From Botryllus schlosseri (taxonomy: Eukaryota), in assembly GCA_051294905.1 (NCBI GenBank), contig CM119376.1:14756001-14820000 (forward strand): a stretch of 64,000 nt of DNA, written 5' to 3'. The notes under the pieces were generated by a model. That model did not search any database and was not told where the DNA came from. It saw nothing but the letters and a program-made list of their open reading frames with translations. A program made the position numbers and the translations under genes. Below, in pieces: positions 50,370 to 63,033 of this stretch (positions are counted from its first letter, which is position 1; every line of letters starts with the position of its first letter).

Positions 50370-51516
50370 CAGTTTCCAAGCCACCTCATTCAGCTCTACC
50401 GGTAAATCTGATAACGTGAACAGAGAAATTGAGAGCAATATATATGCGATTCCCAATATTATTGACCGATTTTATCATGAATTGTCGAAAATTTTCGCGC
50501 TTCACGCTGACTCACTAAACTGTGGCACTTATTTCGTAACAAAATCGAACAACGTGATGGGGGGGGGGCGTTTTATCACCCTATGGGAGCCAAAGACCCA
50601 AGTTTTATTGGGGGCCTGGCCAAGTGCTGTTTCGTTCCTGCGAACGGGTATACGCCCGAAGATGTTGAATTATTATTGAAGGGTCCTACCATTTCAAACA
50701 CACCTCACTCAGCCCGACCGGTAAATCTGATTACGTGGGCAGAGGGAGAATAAATTCAATGACCAATTCAATCATGAATTTTCGCGACTAGACGAGAAAA
50801 ACTGACCCACTAAACGGACGCTCAACACAGATGATGAATAGCGGTAAAACAGCGTGTACCCGGTATCGTGGCTTTCTTTGCTCTTTTGATTTACTCGCGA
50901 GGCAGAAAATAAGATAATAATAAATGGAACACATTAGTTGGGGCAGCATACCATTAGGTATCATAAGCTACCTCCGCGACCTTTGTGTCATACTTTTAAA
51001 AACCATTTCTGCCAGCAAGCATTTTACACTTGAGGAAATACGGTGTATTTCGGAGAGAAGTGATGGGTTGATCATATAAAGACCAGGCCGTCCAAACACC
51101 GCACGTTCTTGTATAAAACCTAGCAACTTATTTGACCCCGAAACGTGTTTTAGTGAGCTGTTGTTGAAATCAGACCGAGAGAAAATAATTGATGAGACAC
51201 TTGATGGACTAAACCAGTAGCCTATTTACTTGTTGCGCATCTGAACAAATATCGTAAAGTATTTTCCTTTTTTTGTATAACAGTTTTTGGTTGGTTTGTG
51301 CGGATGAATTTTTTTACAAAAAGAGTGTGGACAATGCTCAAAAAGGTTGAAAAGCACTCCCCTATGCTATATTACGGTTTCTCATTATTGGCAATTTCGC
51401 TTCTGGGATCACTCTTTCTCCACTTCGTTGTTCGTATTTCTCACGATAAGCAAGTCTTCGGTGGGATTTATAACATGTGCCTATAATCTATATACATCAC
51501 AATCAGATATATTTAC

Positions 51517-51681
51517 ATGTTGGTAGAAGAAGGTTGTAGTCCATTGAGATGATTAGAAAGTAAACCATCATCGTCGCAAATGCCACGATTTTCTAGTATG
51601 AATATACACGTCTCCATTGCGTTTCCCAATCCCATTGCTTCGCATTCCGCTTCACGAGATTCATACCTTACGAATTCATAC
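51517..51681 (-). CDS. GPCR coding exon 4 (Cys-rich ECL2 extension; symmetric phase 2-2)
   Basis: gtcttag|G-YEFVRYESREAECEAMGLGNAMETCIFILENRGICDDDGLLSNHLNGLQPSSTN-AT|gtaaat; 165 nt, open and phase-compatible; no recognisable homology, so inclusion is inferred. Confidence 0.65.
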
Positions 51682-52799
51682 CTAAGACAACAGGGGATAT
51701 CCATGTACACAGCATGGTTCGACCGCAACAATCGGTAAAGTATAGCAAATACAAAATCAACAAGCAGTTGCCGTCATAAGTCCGGTGCAATGTACAGACT
51801 GATAGAAATGGAACAAGCCCGACTCCTATACGCAACGCATATGATGTATACGATGAATATGATGTAATGTGCCACTGTGTTGCACATTCATATTGTACTT
51901 TTGATTCTCACATTGGACTTCTGATTTAACGCGACATGAATAGCGACACCCTACTGCATTGTATAGATTTACATTTCTGTGAAAATCGAACCAGAGTCAT
52001 GCAGCGTTGATTCATCATGAGCTGATATCGTTGCGCAATATGGAATGCGGGAGGTATGACACGACCGAGAAAATGATTACCGAGAATGTGCAATTATACG
52101 TAACGGAAGATTCTATTACAGAGAATGAACATAACCGAGAAGGTTGGAGGTTAAGGTCCTTAGCACATCGTTCATATCATAAAATAGAGTCAGAGAAAAA
52201 CAGTGACAAACGACACATGGAAATGTCGGTTGGTGTTTCATGTTCTTATAAATGTAAAACAAGATACTACACATTTCTAAGAATACAATTTTTGTGCGAG
52301 GATTTTAATTACAAATTACTAGATATCCTTTTTCTAAGACAACAAATTAGAAACATGATACCAGCTCAGTCATTTGCACATGGCCTTTCCTTCAAAAACG
52401 TTGGACACCCCCGGGCTAAGCTATAAATCTTCGTTTTCACCGGATCAAAAGAATATAATGGATTCGCACCATTCCTACCCGAAGCTTATTGTTCCATTAT
52501 TATAGTCGGAGAAGTGTCAATAGCGGAAATCGTTTTCAGTGTATTAGTACAGATATAGTCGAGCATTCAAAATGAGCATGAATATTTTTAAATTGATATA
52601 TCTAGGCAGCTATGGCCTCACCTACAACATGAGGTGTAGTAAAACACTTTATAGATAACATGATTACAAAAAACGCGATTTCATTTTTTTAAAATTCGTA
52701 TAACTGCCGCGTGTCATAAAATTATAAATATTTTTGAAAAGGCATATAGCATGAACCTTCGCACGACGTGCACTAGATATTGTCGATGTAGGCCTATAC

Positions 52800-53109
52800 C
52801 AGTGATTCTCAAACTTTTTTTAGACACGCCCCCTTTATACGATAGTGAAAGATTTCGCGTCCCCCCCCCCTTATCGTCATATCAGAAAATGCTACCAGAA
52901 TGCTGGCAATCCAAATGGATAGTTTTATGGCAGGGGAGGCTATGACTGTTGATGAAAGAACTTTTCAATCTTTAAAAAATCAGGACTAAACACAGAGCAA
53001 TAACTATGAATTGGTGGTAAATCGCGCGACGCGCGAAAAACATTTTCAGTTCACTACAGCTTCGCGGCCCCCTCAGATGTTTTCACGTCCCCCAGTTTGA
53101 GAACCACTG
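52800..53109. mobile_element. 310-bp Charlie-type MITE (GPCR intron 3)
   Basis: CAGTGATTCTCAAAC / GTTTGAGAACCACTG; perfect TSD GCCTATAC. Confidence 0.92.
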
Positions 53110-53560
53110 GCCTATACCATATCGATTGATTGGAACCCTCGACATCGTCGTTGGTTCAGTAGTTGTAACACGCAGGTTATATATATAAATTGAAGCGAAT
53201 GGATGCACTACAATGGCGATGATCACATATCGTAAAAACAAGGCATGATCAGGAAGCACCTGCATGGTAAATATTGTGAGAAGCTGGTATTCGCTCAATC
53301 CTACAAATTATGTTACCGACATTCAAAGTGTGCTATGTAAATGTGAGCTACCGGCGGCTAGGTTGTAGCGATAGTAGATCTCAGTTGTGATGAAATAATA
53401 AATGTATTTAATTTGAAGAAATCGCCTTCTAATTAAATCCCTGGCGTTTACCCTAGCGTTTGCTCACAATGGAAATCATGGCTGAAATACAAAAACATAT
53501 TAAACATATTTTTAAAATTAATTGTTGTTTTTAATACAACCCTAGATACATCACACTCAC

Positions 53561-53730
53561 CGGCATTTGCAGTTCTTCACGTCGGAGTACATGAAGATGG
53601 GAGTGCATAATAATAGCGATACTACCCACACGATGATCGTGGCAATGTAAGCTGAAGAAATTTTTCGCAGTTTTTGAGTTATCGCGGATGAGTTGTGGCA
53701 AACAACGAGATACCGGTCTATGCTCATAAC
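53561..53730 (-). CDS. GPCR coding exon 3 (DRY, ICL2, TM4)
   Basis: tttcag|VMSIDRYLVVCH...IVWVVSLLLCTPIFMYSDVKNCKC-CG|gtgagt; phase 0-2. Confidence 0.93.
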
Positions 53731-53832
53731 CTGAAAGAACGTGTGAATATTTCCGAATAACATGTGCTATTGAGTTAGTTATTACCATAATCACGCAATG
53801 ATGCTATCAACGCTGTGAAGCAATGGACATAC

Positions 53833-53995
53833 CGTCAAGAAGAATATCGATGTGTTGTAATTGATGAAAATGATTGACTCGTTGAATTTGCACAGCGTTG
53901 CTCCCCAAGACCATTTTTCATCATATTTCTCCTTGATTTTTATTGGCACCGAACACAGAAACATCAAGTCCGCTATAGATAGTTGCAGCACATAC
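53833..53995 (-). CDS. GPCR coding exon 2 (TM2, ECL1, TM3)
   Basis: YVLQLSIADLMFLCSVP...WSWGATLCKFNESIIFINYNTSIFFLT; somatostatin/opioid-like W.FG..LCK..S....N.FTSIF.LT pattern; phase 2-0. Confidence 0.93.
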
Positions 53996-54570
53996 CTGTT
54001 TGTAGTAAGCACAGAATCATTCAAGCCCGGATATAGCATATTCAAACGACTATCGTGGATAGTTTGTATAAGCTTGCTGGATCTTATTCGTATCATCAAA
54101 TTGGCCAAATCACATTCACAAGTATAAGACTGCAGAATCACGGAACATGGCGACTTCGGCCTCGTCTCTGCATTCACTGCTGATAATTACAATTGATTCT
54201 GTGGGCAACATAACCACGGCCAAGTCACCGCTAGAATTAATGTTGCTTTTAAAACCAAAATCACTTTAGTCTTAGTCTTAGACTTGTGAATGTGATTTGG
54301 CAAATTTGATGATTTGATGAAAATGTTTAAAAAAAAGTGTTTTAAACAACCATTTGTTTTAAATCCAACCCTAGTTGTAACACCGACATGTCTGCGCGAT
54401 TGCATGGCTGGATAATATGTGGACATGATCTGTGCATATATAAGTAATAGACTATAATTTAGATTGAATGGGCAATGAAGAGAGATGGCCTGGTATATCG
54501 AGGAGTGATTACAATCCACACATATCGCGTACATACAGTACATGGCTTGAGGTGAAACAAGCATACTCAC

Positions 54571-54770
54571 CAATTTGTGACCGTTTTCTTGAATTCCTTC
54601 AAGACCAAGATGACAAATATTATGACTATGTTCCCAGCGATACCAAGTGTGCAGAATATTATCTGCAACACCGAGAGAGCGTCGATAGTTTTCTCGTTTT
54701 GGGCAGGCAACTCCAATCCTGACCCGAGAGTCGTAGATGAGTCAACGTACACACTGCTACCAAATTCCAT
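54571..54770 (-). CDS. GPCR coding exon 1 (N terminus, TM1)
   Basis: MEFGSS...LQIIFCTLGIAGNIVIIFVILVLKEFKKTVTN-TG|gtgagt; GN1.50 and K.K.VTN motif; start codon assignment tentative. Confidence 0.85.
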
Positions 54771-57700
54771 AGTTAAATCTGTATGCAAAGGTTGCAATTT
54801 TATCGGTGGTTACTCGTACAATAGCATATTCTGCAGGCTGCGACGTATGAGTGCGGATTTGGTGACATAATATTGTAATAACAAATGGTGGTACATACCA
54901 CACAATGTACTTGTACGTCTGTTCGTCATGTTGATACAGGATTTTCCGGTAATTTGGTATTTAATATCACCATGAATCAAGCATCCCCGATGTGTCCCCA
55001 CTGTTATACATGACTCAAATCCTTTCGCTTTTATAGCCTACAGCATATCACGCAGGAATATAAAGGAGTCACGATCGACTTTGATGTTTTTCCATAACAT
55101 TCACCACTACTTCCTCGTTCTTAAACCCGACGCACACTGGCTTTGCGACGCGACTGTAACAACGTTGGGCTCTCGATAATGGCATTGACCTGCTGATACA
55201 CGCTTGCACACCAAGTAGTGAAACTCGTAACGTAGGCTATATACATGTAATTTGATTTTCCTGCTCATTCGAGTGGACGTACTTTATTCGAATCAAACGG
55301 CATGTTTGGAATGTTTGGAATAAACTTCGAATCAGTGATTCGTTTTGCCCATCCCTAGCGGTGGCACCGGGCTCAGGGACGGATATTTGAAAGGGCATTG
55401 CTCGCCAGGTGCTGGATGTTAGGATGCAGTGGCGTGTGGGCAAGTGCCTCACCTGCCGTCTGGATGAGAAAAAGACAATCGTGGTATCTTCAATGATTAT
55501 AACACCAATAATTATGTGTATTTTCCATCGATGTTCATGAATGACTAATTTTGAACCATTTTAACATGCAAAATCACGAAATGTACTTATTATTGTTACA
55601 ATATACAGCGCGAAAGGAGAGGTGAGACTCAGACTAGCCAAGCTTCACCTATGGATAGCGCAAATCATCATATACCGCTCAGAATTTGTAACAACTGGTA
55701 TTAATTGAATGTTAATGTCGCACTGATTCCGAAAATCTAAAGATTAATAACGTCAGAACAAGAATTTCCTCAAAATCGCCAAGGGGTGTGAAATTAGACA
55801 TTGTTACGTACAATGACAGTGCAGTGAAACAAAGACCAGGTGAGGCACTGAAGGATTTTCCTCACCTACTCCAAGCTAACAGTCCGACAATCCCAGCGCG
55901 GTTATACTATAGAAAACTAACCTAATCCATGTATAATGTCTAGCTACACAGTGCGCTAACGAATTCGCAAGCCGACGGTGTAGTATCGTGTAGTAGCGAC
56001 GGCCGACAATGCAATGCGGAGCAAATACATTTCCATACTGATATATCTGTTATGTATTTTCCATCCATACCTATAACTTGAATTGGGGATATGTATATTA
56101 CCTTCTTAGCATGCGTGTGAAGAGTGCTAATGTGGTAGGAAACAAGTCGCTAACTGAATCAGCTACCATTTTTGGTAGGCCTCTATATATTGTAAATCTA
56201 ACTCTAAAGCGGGGATTTTCAACTTCCCATGTATAACGGGTAGTATTTTAACAGCAAAAGATACTGCGGGCCGCAGACCAGTATTACCCTGCATTTGTGG
56301 ACTACTATTATCAGTCGTATACGGACGTTTGATACATTTTTATGCATTCAAAAGCATTAATGAGCAGCGTTACCAAGTTTGCAGTTGCTGTTTTTTTTTG
56401 TGAGAATATGTCATCCTGTAGTGGCGCAATTAAATCCCTTCCTGGAGCGTGCATTGCATTTATTGCCAAATGCCAAATTTGCAGCTTAAACACTTAAGCC
56501 AGAAAACGGAACTCTCTGATTCAGTGCGTAAGCGAGCAAGAATAAAATTAACTGTTTTCATTGCAGAGGCTATTATAACCTTGAGCTCTCAAGCTCTCAA
56601 GCAAAATAAAGTGATATGAGACGAAGTCTGGCGCTTCGGGATCATTTCTAACCAAAACAATCAACCATTGCTCCTTTCCGACCATGACTGGAGTCCATGA
56701 TCCAATAGTTAAAGAATTCAGCGTTGTCAAGTTGATGTTTTTCGCTGGTCCCCTCCACACGTTTGGCCTGGCAGCATTTCCTGCTGACAATACCGATCAG
56801 CACTGAATCGTAGTTTCAGTCGCGTGAAGGCTTGACACATTGGTCAGTAGTCCAAACCAGTTTCGCGTGATTATAACAAACTTGAATTTGCTGTCAGTTG
56901 ATGGCAGAAATCCAACCCGAGAATATAGGGAAAATGCAATATGCTTTTGAATATACCTATTATGAAAACTATGATGTAGAACAGCGGTTCTTAAAATTTT
57001 TTCATCCTGCCTCCCTATTCAAAAATTGCCTAGGTCGGACGTCCTTCCTTATTTTAAGGACTATAGTAAAAACCAATGAGTGCGAGATCGAAATTCGGTC
57101 GGTCTCTTCGGGTTGACTCTTTACCATTGAAAATAATTCGCTTTCAAATCGCGTCTGAGGATCACTAATTAACGCTATAATAATTGTATGAGCTATATTA
57201 GGGATCGAATCAAAATCGTTGTTACAGCCATCGGGTATGGAGTATGGACTCATACCATCTGGTTCGAGCACATCCCACATTCACCTCTGCGATTGACAAT
57301 ATGGGGAAGTTAATTGTATTGTATACAGCTACTGCTCCGAGGTCGCGGACTATTTAAAACCTTTGATCCGACAGCAATATCACGGATATTTGGCCGAACT
57401 ATAAATGTGACTCATTGCAACTGGAACTTCTAATTCATGGTAGTAACTAGACTCCATAAAACCTCCTTTACTTACAATCAAACATCACTTGCGTACGAAA
57501 CTAGTAGGTCTGTACTCGCAGTCTAACATGTTCGCCTATTTTTAAACCAGCGAGGTAATGGCTCCAATGAAAAAAAGAACATAGTTCCGCGTTCGTCAGA
57601 AACATTAGGGAATGCTCTTGCCTTGGAAATCAACCAAACGAAAATTAATAGCCTACGATATTCAGTTCATGCTCTTCTACGACAATGGCGATGTGATTAC

Positions 57701-58432
57701 AATATCATGTACCAATAGCTGATGTAACCAACGTCCTTCATTTTGTACACTAGACATGGGGAGAGAGTGAAACTTCTTTTGATTTCTCTCAGTCAAATCA
57801 ACAATGGGTTGCAATTCGTATTTCGACCATCAGTAGGGCAAGTTTTTGTAGCACTAAAATCGCGAGAAAGAAGTTGCCCCTAATTTCAACAAAAGTCGCA
57901 GTGAAAAGCTGCATTTATAATTATTCAAAATTATTCTGTTATGATATATTCGAAAGGTTCTGTTGTACAATCCAACATATAAAGATTTGCCGGATATCTG
58001 CTTGTTTCATTTCTTTCTCCGCTATTTAATCGATCATGCATAGGCCTACAATTTTATGTTCTTTAGGTTTGAAATCTAAATGACAGCATGTCACTGCAAG
58101 AAAATAACGCAATGCGGAAATAGTTTTCCGCAAAAAGCCAAACAGCAAAGCGATAACCCATAAAACAAGTCGATTATGACGGTCAAAATCCACTAGGTCT
58201 GCAAACCTCACCCAACGCATTGCAGCAAAACTCAGTGTTGGCGACTTGAACAAATTCAATAGCCTGGAATAGGTGACCCAGTGAAAATGTAAATTTCGGC
58301 GGTCTCGCCTAAGCGTCCGTGAGATGAGAAGGGACCTCAAACTTAAACGACAGTGAATAAAGCAAGCGATCTATTTATATATAGCTCGGGCACTGCCGCG
58401 GTTGGCTGGGGACATTAAGAACGGCTACCAGA

Positions 58433-58990
58433 GATATAACTTGTGGAGTGCCACAGGGCTCAGTTCTTGTACCGACTTTTTTCCTCATTTATATCAATGA
58501 TATTGTTAATGCATCTTTATTCCGCACAACCCTATTTGCTGATGATACTCACCTCTTTATAACCTCCAGCACTGTCGATGATTTGCATTCATCTTTAAAT
58601 AGGGAACTCCCAAAAGTGTCGAGATGGCTGCCAGCAAACAAACTAAGCTTGAATGCAGACAAGACCGAGATGCTCCTTTTAAATAATGCCAATCATAATT
58701 TCACTGTGAACATCAATCATAAACAAATCTCCATATGTGACTCAGCAAAATATCTCGGCGTCACCATTGATTCCAAATTGTCTTGGAAGCAGCATATTGA
58801 ATGCACAATATCAAAACTAGCTCGGTGTGTGGGAATAATGACCCGTCTGCAATCTTTGGTTTCCAGATCAGTACTACGAACCATCTACTTCTCTCTTTTC
58901 CACTCTCATCTGCAATATGGGGCCGTATGCACCAACATGTTTTGAACCCAAACTGGAGCTCAAACAGGGGTTCGGGAGATATTTCCAAAG
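58433..58990 (+). mobile_element. CR1/L2-type LINE reverse transcriptase fragment
   Basis: GVPQGSVLVPTFFLIYIND...LFADDTHL...WLPANKLSLNADKTE...KYLGVTIDSKLSWKQHI...HSHLQYG. Confidence 0.93.
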
Positions 58991-59678
58991 CACCATCACC
59001 GAAACGTCAATGATCTAGCGTTCACTCGCGCCGAATTTGATCGAAAAGTAAACAACCGAGGGAGGTTGTTTAAAATGTAGTTCAGTGCTTTGGCTTGGTT
59101 GTCGCTGATCGTGGTCTCCTGTTGCTCGCGGCTGGTTGACTGTAAATTGGTTCCTGTTGAAGACGTAGGTGCACTATTTTCTATCTTTCCGTATATTAGC
59201 AGACTTTCTGAGCTGTAGGGATAGATTTTATCTGTTTCCAAACCCAGAACTAGAGTTTCACCTATGGGAGGCCGAATGGCTAGTTGATCCTTGATCGGTA
59301 TACCGGTATTAGCGAGTGTAGTGGTGAACCAGGAAATCCATATGACTGCCTCAAGGTACCGGTAATGAAGATGCGATATTTTTGACTTGCGCCTTGTAGG
59401 TTTGAATGAAAGACCTTCGGGTCAAAAATGAATAAAAAATTAGGACCCAGTCTGACGTCTGTATACAGTGTACAGTTTTTGAAGGACCCTGTGGGGTGCA
59501 ATTGATGAGGCGTTTTCCCTATAAAGTTTGATATATTTCACCATCATTGAAGCTATGCCAGTACAGTCGATATTACAGTAGATTGTCATCATAGCCCAAA
59601 TGACCGGGTTGGAATTCCGGTACGTTTAGCGTAATATATTTGATGTGTCAAGACGGTTTTCAGCGTCACACCTGTGTG

Positions 59679-62600
59679 CATAGGCGTCGAGTTACGGGGT
59701 GGCGGGGTGGCGCAGCCACCCCATGACACAATTATGGGGTGGCGGCCACCCCATGCAAATTGCTTAAACGCCGGCCGTCTAATCTGTCAATTAGCGAGTC
59801 CGTGATATCGCGTAAATGCCAACCATTTACCATTAGCCGATGCGCGCGTGAATAATTAAATACTCAGCTTCTTCGGCGACGACGAGCTAGTGCTTAAAAC
59901 GCCCAATAAAGTGTAATCCGTGATTTTTAGTCAGTAATAATCATACAATCGAAGCGACCTCGTTGACGGCGTCGATTTCGACAGGCTTGCGCCGAGAAAC
60001 ACCATCTCCTCTCTTGACCAGACGAACGAGTTCACGTTCTACTTCTCTCAATTAAGTTGTATTTGCGCGCAAATTCGTTTACAAAATAATTCTTGAGTTA
60101 GTTTCTTGATAGTATTTTTAATTGGAGCGCGATCGCGAAATAGGAAAGTGGGTTTGTGCGTATGCCTCCGAAGAGAAAGTAATTCCTGGGCAAAGTGCGT
60201 ATATTCATTAGTAGGGATGGTGTGAACCTCTGAAAGGTTCAGATTCGTGTGAACGCGAACCTTTTTGAAAGGTTCTGTGTGAACACGAACGTGAACCTCA
60301 TGACGTCACGTTACGTCATATTGCTAATTCCAACCCTATCTTTCAATGAAGTGATAGCTTCTGTACATGCTACCTAGCGACGACTCGGGCCACATCATGC
60401 CACAATGCCGAAGTAGGCCTACATGTTGGCGTTTTAAACGTCGCTAGATGTATCAACTGAGGCAATCGAAGGATATGATACTCCTATAAATCAATATCTT
60501 CTGTCGCTTTGCGTACAATTTCGACGAGGACTTATCAGGGAATATAAGCTTACGACTTAAGGGTCTAGGCCAGACCGGACAATGTATTCGGCGTCTGAGT
60601 ATCGCTACATTGATATTGAGCAGCGTGTAAACGGGTTTCTATACTTGCTGCCGATACTACCCCATTAACAAGTTATACAGCAGTAGCCAACACCTCAATC
60701 GCAAGGATTTGATTTTAATGATGCAGTAACGATATGAAGTCAAGATTGACCCCGTATGCCTGCTAGATTATTTTGCATCAAAAACGATATCAATCTCATT
60801 GATTGCTTGAATAAGCATCATTCGCTGACTACGCATTTTGGTAGGGATGTTGTGTGATTGCGGGTCAAACTCACAGCAGAGAGTCACTAAATATTCACAA
60901 ACGGAAAGCTGGATATTTCGAGCAAATTTTTGTAACAAAGCAAGTAAGACTTTTGAGATTGTCAAGGTGCATGCTCGTTTAGTGTCGATTTGTAATGCTG
61001 CCAGAGCCATGCGTAGAGTGGCCCACGGTTGAAATAAGATGTTAAAATGAAGTGAAAATTTTAATATATGAAAAAGGTTCACAGTGCAGAACCTACCAAG
61101 GTTCTGTTGTGAATGCGAACCTCTAAATTTCCGAGGTTCACACACAGAACGCGAACGTGAACCTCACGTTCACACCATCCCTATTCATTATTCTAACAAG
61201 GCTTTGCTAACTTTTATCTGGAAATGCAGTAATGCAGCTCAAGCCTCGTTATAATGAACAAACAATTGTCGCGATGTCAAACTCGGACCTCATTGTACTG
61301 TACGCAAGCTGAGGAATGACTGATTAGATGCGCGCATTCTCGTTTGCTATCATCTGTATGCTACTAATTCTTGTCTGCTTTATACGTTCGTATTCCCTCG
61401 ATGTCACTTGTCAGTGTTTGATTCGTTATTAATACTGCGCATTGTGCAGTACATGGCGTTGAATTACGTTGTCAAATATTGATGCAACAAGATATTCTCT
61501 GTGGCGCAAATTCTGAATTTATTCGATTAGTTTGAGCGGGAACCGTCTATTTCCAATAAACTTCATTGCTGCACGGACTCTATATCGGGCGCAACCATAT
61601 CGCGGATCGAATTTCAAACCATCGGGATTTGTATTCCCATTAATATGGTTGCGACATGCGCCCATATTGCTCTTGCTGCAATAACACCTTGATAATTAAG
61701 TCACACCATTAACTGATATTAACCAGCGCGTTGTCGGCATTGAAACAGTACGTGCGTAGCCAGTATGGTTTATCATTTCAAACTAAAAATCCCGTCCTTT
61801 TGAAATGTCAATTCACAATTCGTATTATCGATGCTGCGTACTGCAAATTAGCGAGAATCATTTGTATGCGAAATGGGTCGTCGACATCTCATGTGCACTA
61901 TCGTCGGTGATTTGATTTAGCCATTTTAGCGCGTCCGTATGCAGGCCTGCTACCGTCCGCAGAAACACTTTCGCCAAACAGTAACAATCTTTGAGCGTAA
62001 TATTGTTTGTGTTTATGTATCTTTTTGATTAAAACTTATGCCCGCGTCTAAACAAATTGTGCTTTATGCCATTGCCGAATCTGGGTATTTAGGTATGACT
62101 CACGTACCCTGTAATTGTAATTATTGCGGGTTTGCGGCATGTCTGCAATTTCTGTATCAGTGCAACCTTGCCGGCCGATTGTACAGTCCGATAAATTCTT
62201 CACTACTATGTATTTCGCATAGCGTACTGATATTGATTTCAGCAAACTAACGATCGTTATGAAATGTCAAAATTCGACCTCATTGCTAGAAACGTAGATT
62301 TCATCACGCGCTCTGAGAAACACCATCTCCTATATCCCGATTTGACGACCAAATATACGTTCACCGTCTACAAATTAAAATGCAAGATTTGCATCGATGA
62401 GGGCCGCAAGCCGCGTTTAAAATATTTTGTCAACCATTTTGTCACAAATATTCTCTGAGCGCAAAGTTGAACAGTGTTTTAGTGTGTGTGCCTGGTAGTT
62501 GGAATTTATTCCAGTGCCCATAATATTAATCCAATTATGATTAGCGAACGTAAATCGGGAAATGCAGCAATGCAGTCTAAATCGATGTTTTAATCAGCAA

Positions 62601-63033
62601 CCAATTGTCGCGATGCAAGCTACTCAATACTAAGTAAAAACCCATTGTGTTGGCGGCAAGGGATAATTACTGATTGGTCGCACGTGTTTGTAATCATAGT
62701 TCTTGTCTGTCTGTCTTTCGTCTTCCAGAATTGTTGCGCCATGTTACTGCTCAGTCCAGGTCCAGCAATTAATGCCGAGCGTTCGACATTCAATAACCTA
62801 ATTTTGAAATGATCTCAGCGGGAGATCGCGTCGCGTGCACAGACGAATCTCGCTAATTTGTCACGGCCGCGCGTAACACTGATAATACGACATGTTGAAT
62901 TGCAACTGAATATTAGCATCAGACTGGTAATTTCGAAAGGACGGGGTTTTGCGGTTCAAAAGGAGAGGGTTTCGACACCCCCTGGCTACGCGCCTGCCGC
63001 CACCCCATGCAAAAATAAAAGTCGGCGCCTATG
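59679..63033. mobile_element. 3.35-kb non-autonomous hAT (TIR CATAGGCGYCGA) with GGGGTGGC subterminal repeats
   Basis: Perfect TSD CCTGTGTG (59671-59678, 63034-63041); no transposase ORF seen. Confidence 0.88.
60212..61183. mobile_element. Family A hAT copy 4, uninterrupted 972-bp copy
   Basis: Both TIRs intact; TSD TTCATTAG / TTCATTAT (7 of 8). Confidence 0.93.

Noticed and set aside
52007-52426. 139-aa plus-strand ORF in GPCR intron 3
   Set aside because: Non-ATG start, no recognisable motif, no supporting splice structure.
58996-59501. Minus-strand ORFs of 73-81 aa next to the LINE fragment
   Set aside because: No recognisable domain, and no convincing splice sites link them.
61749-62996. 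Possible E-type element nested in the 3.35-kb hAT
   Set aside because: Ends match only 12 of 15 and the flanks (TGAAACAG vs CCGCCACC) give no TSD.
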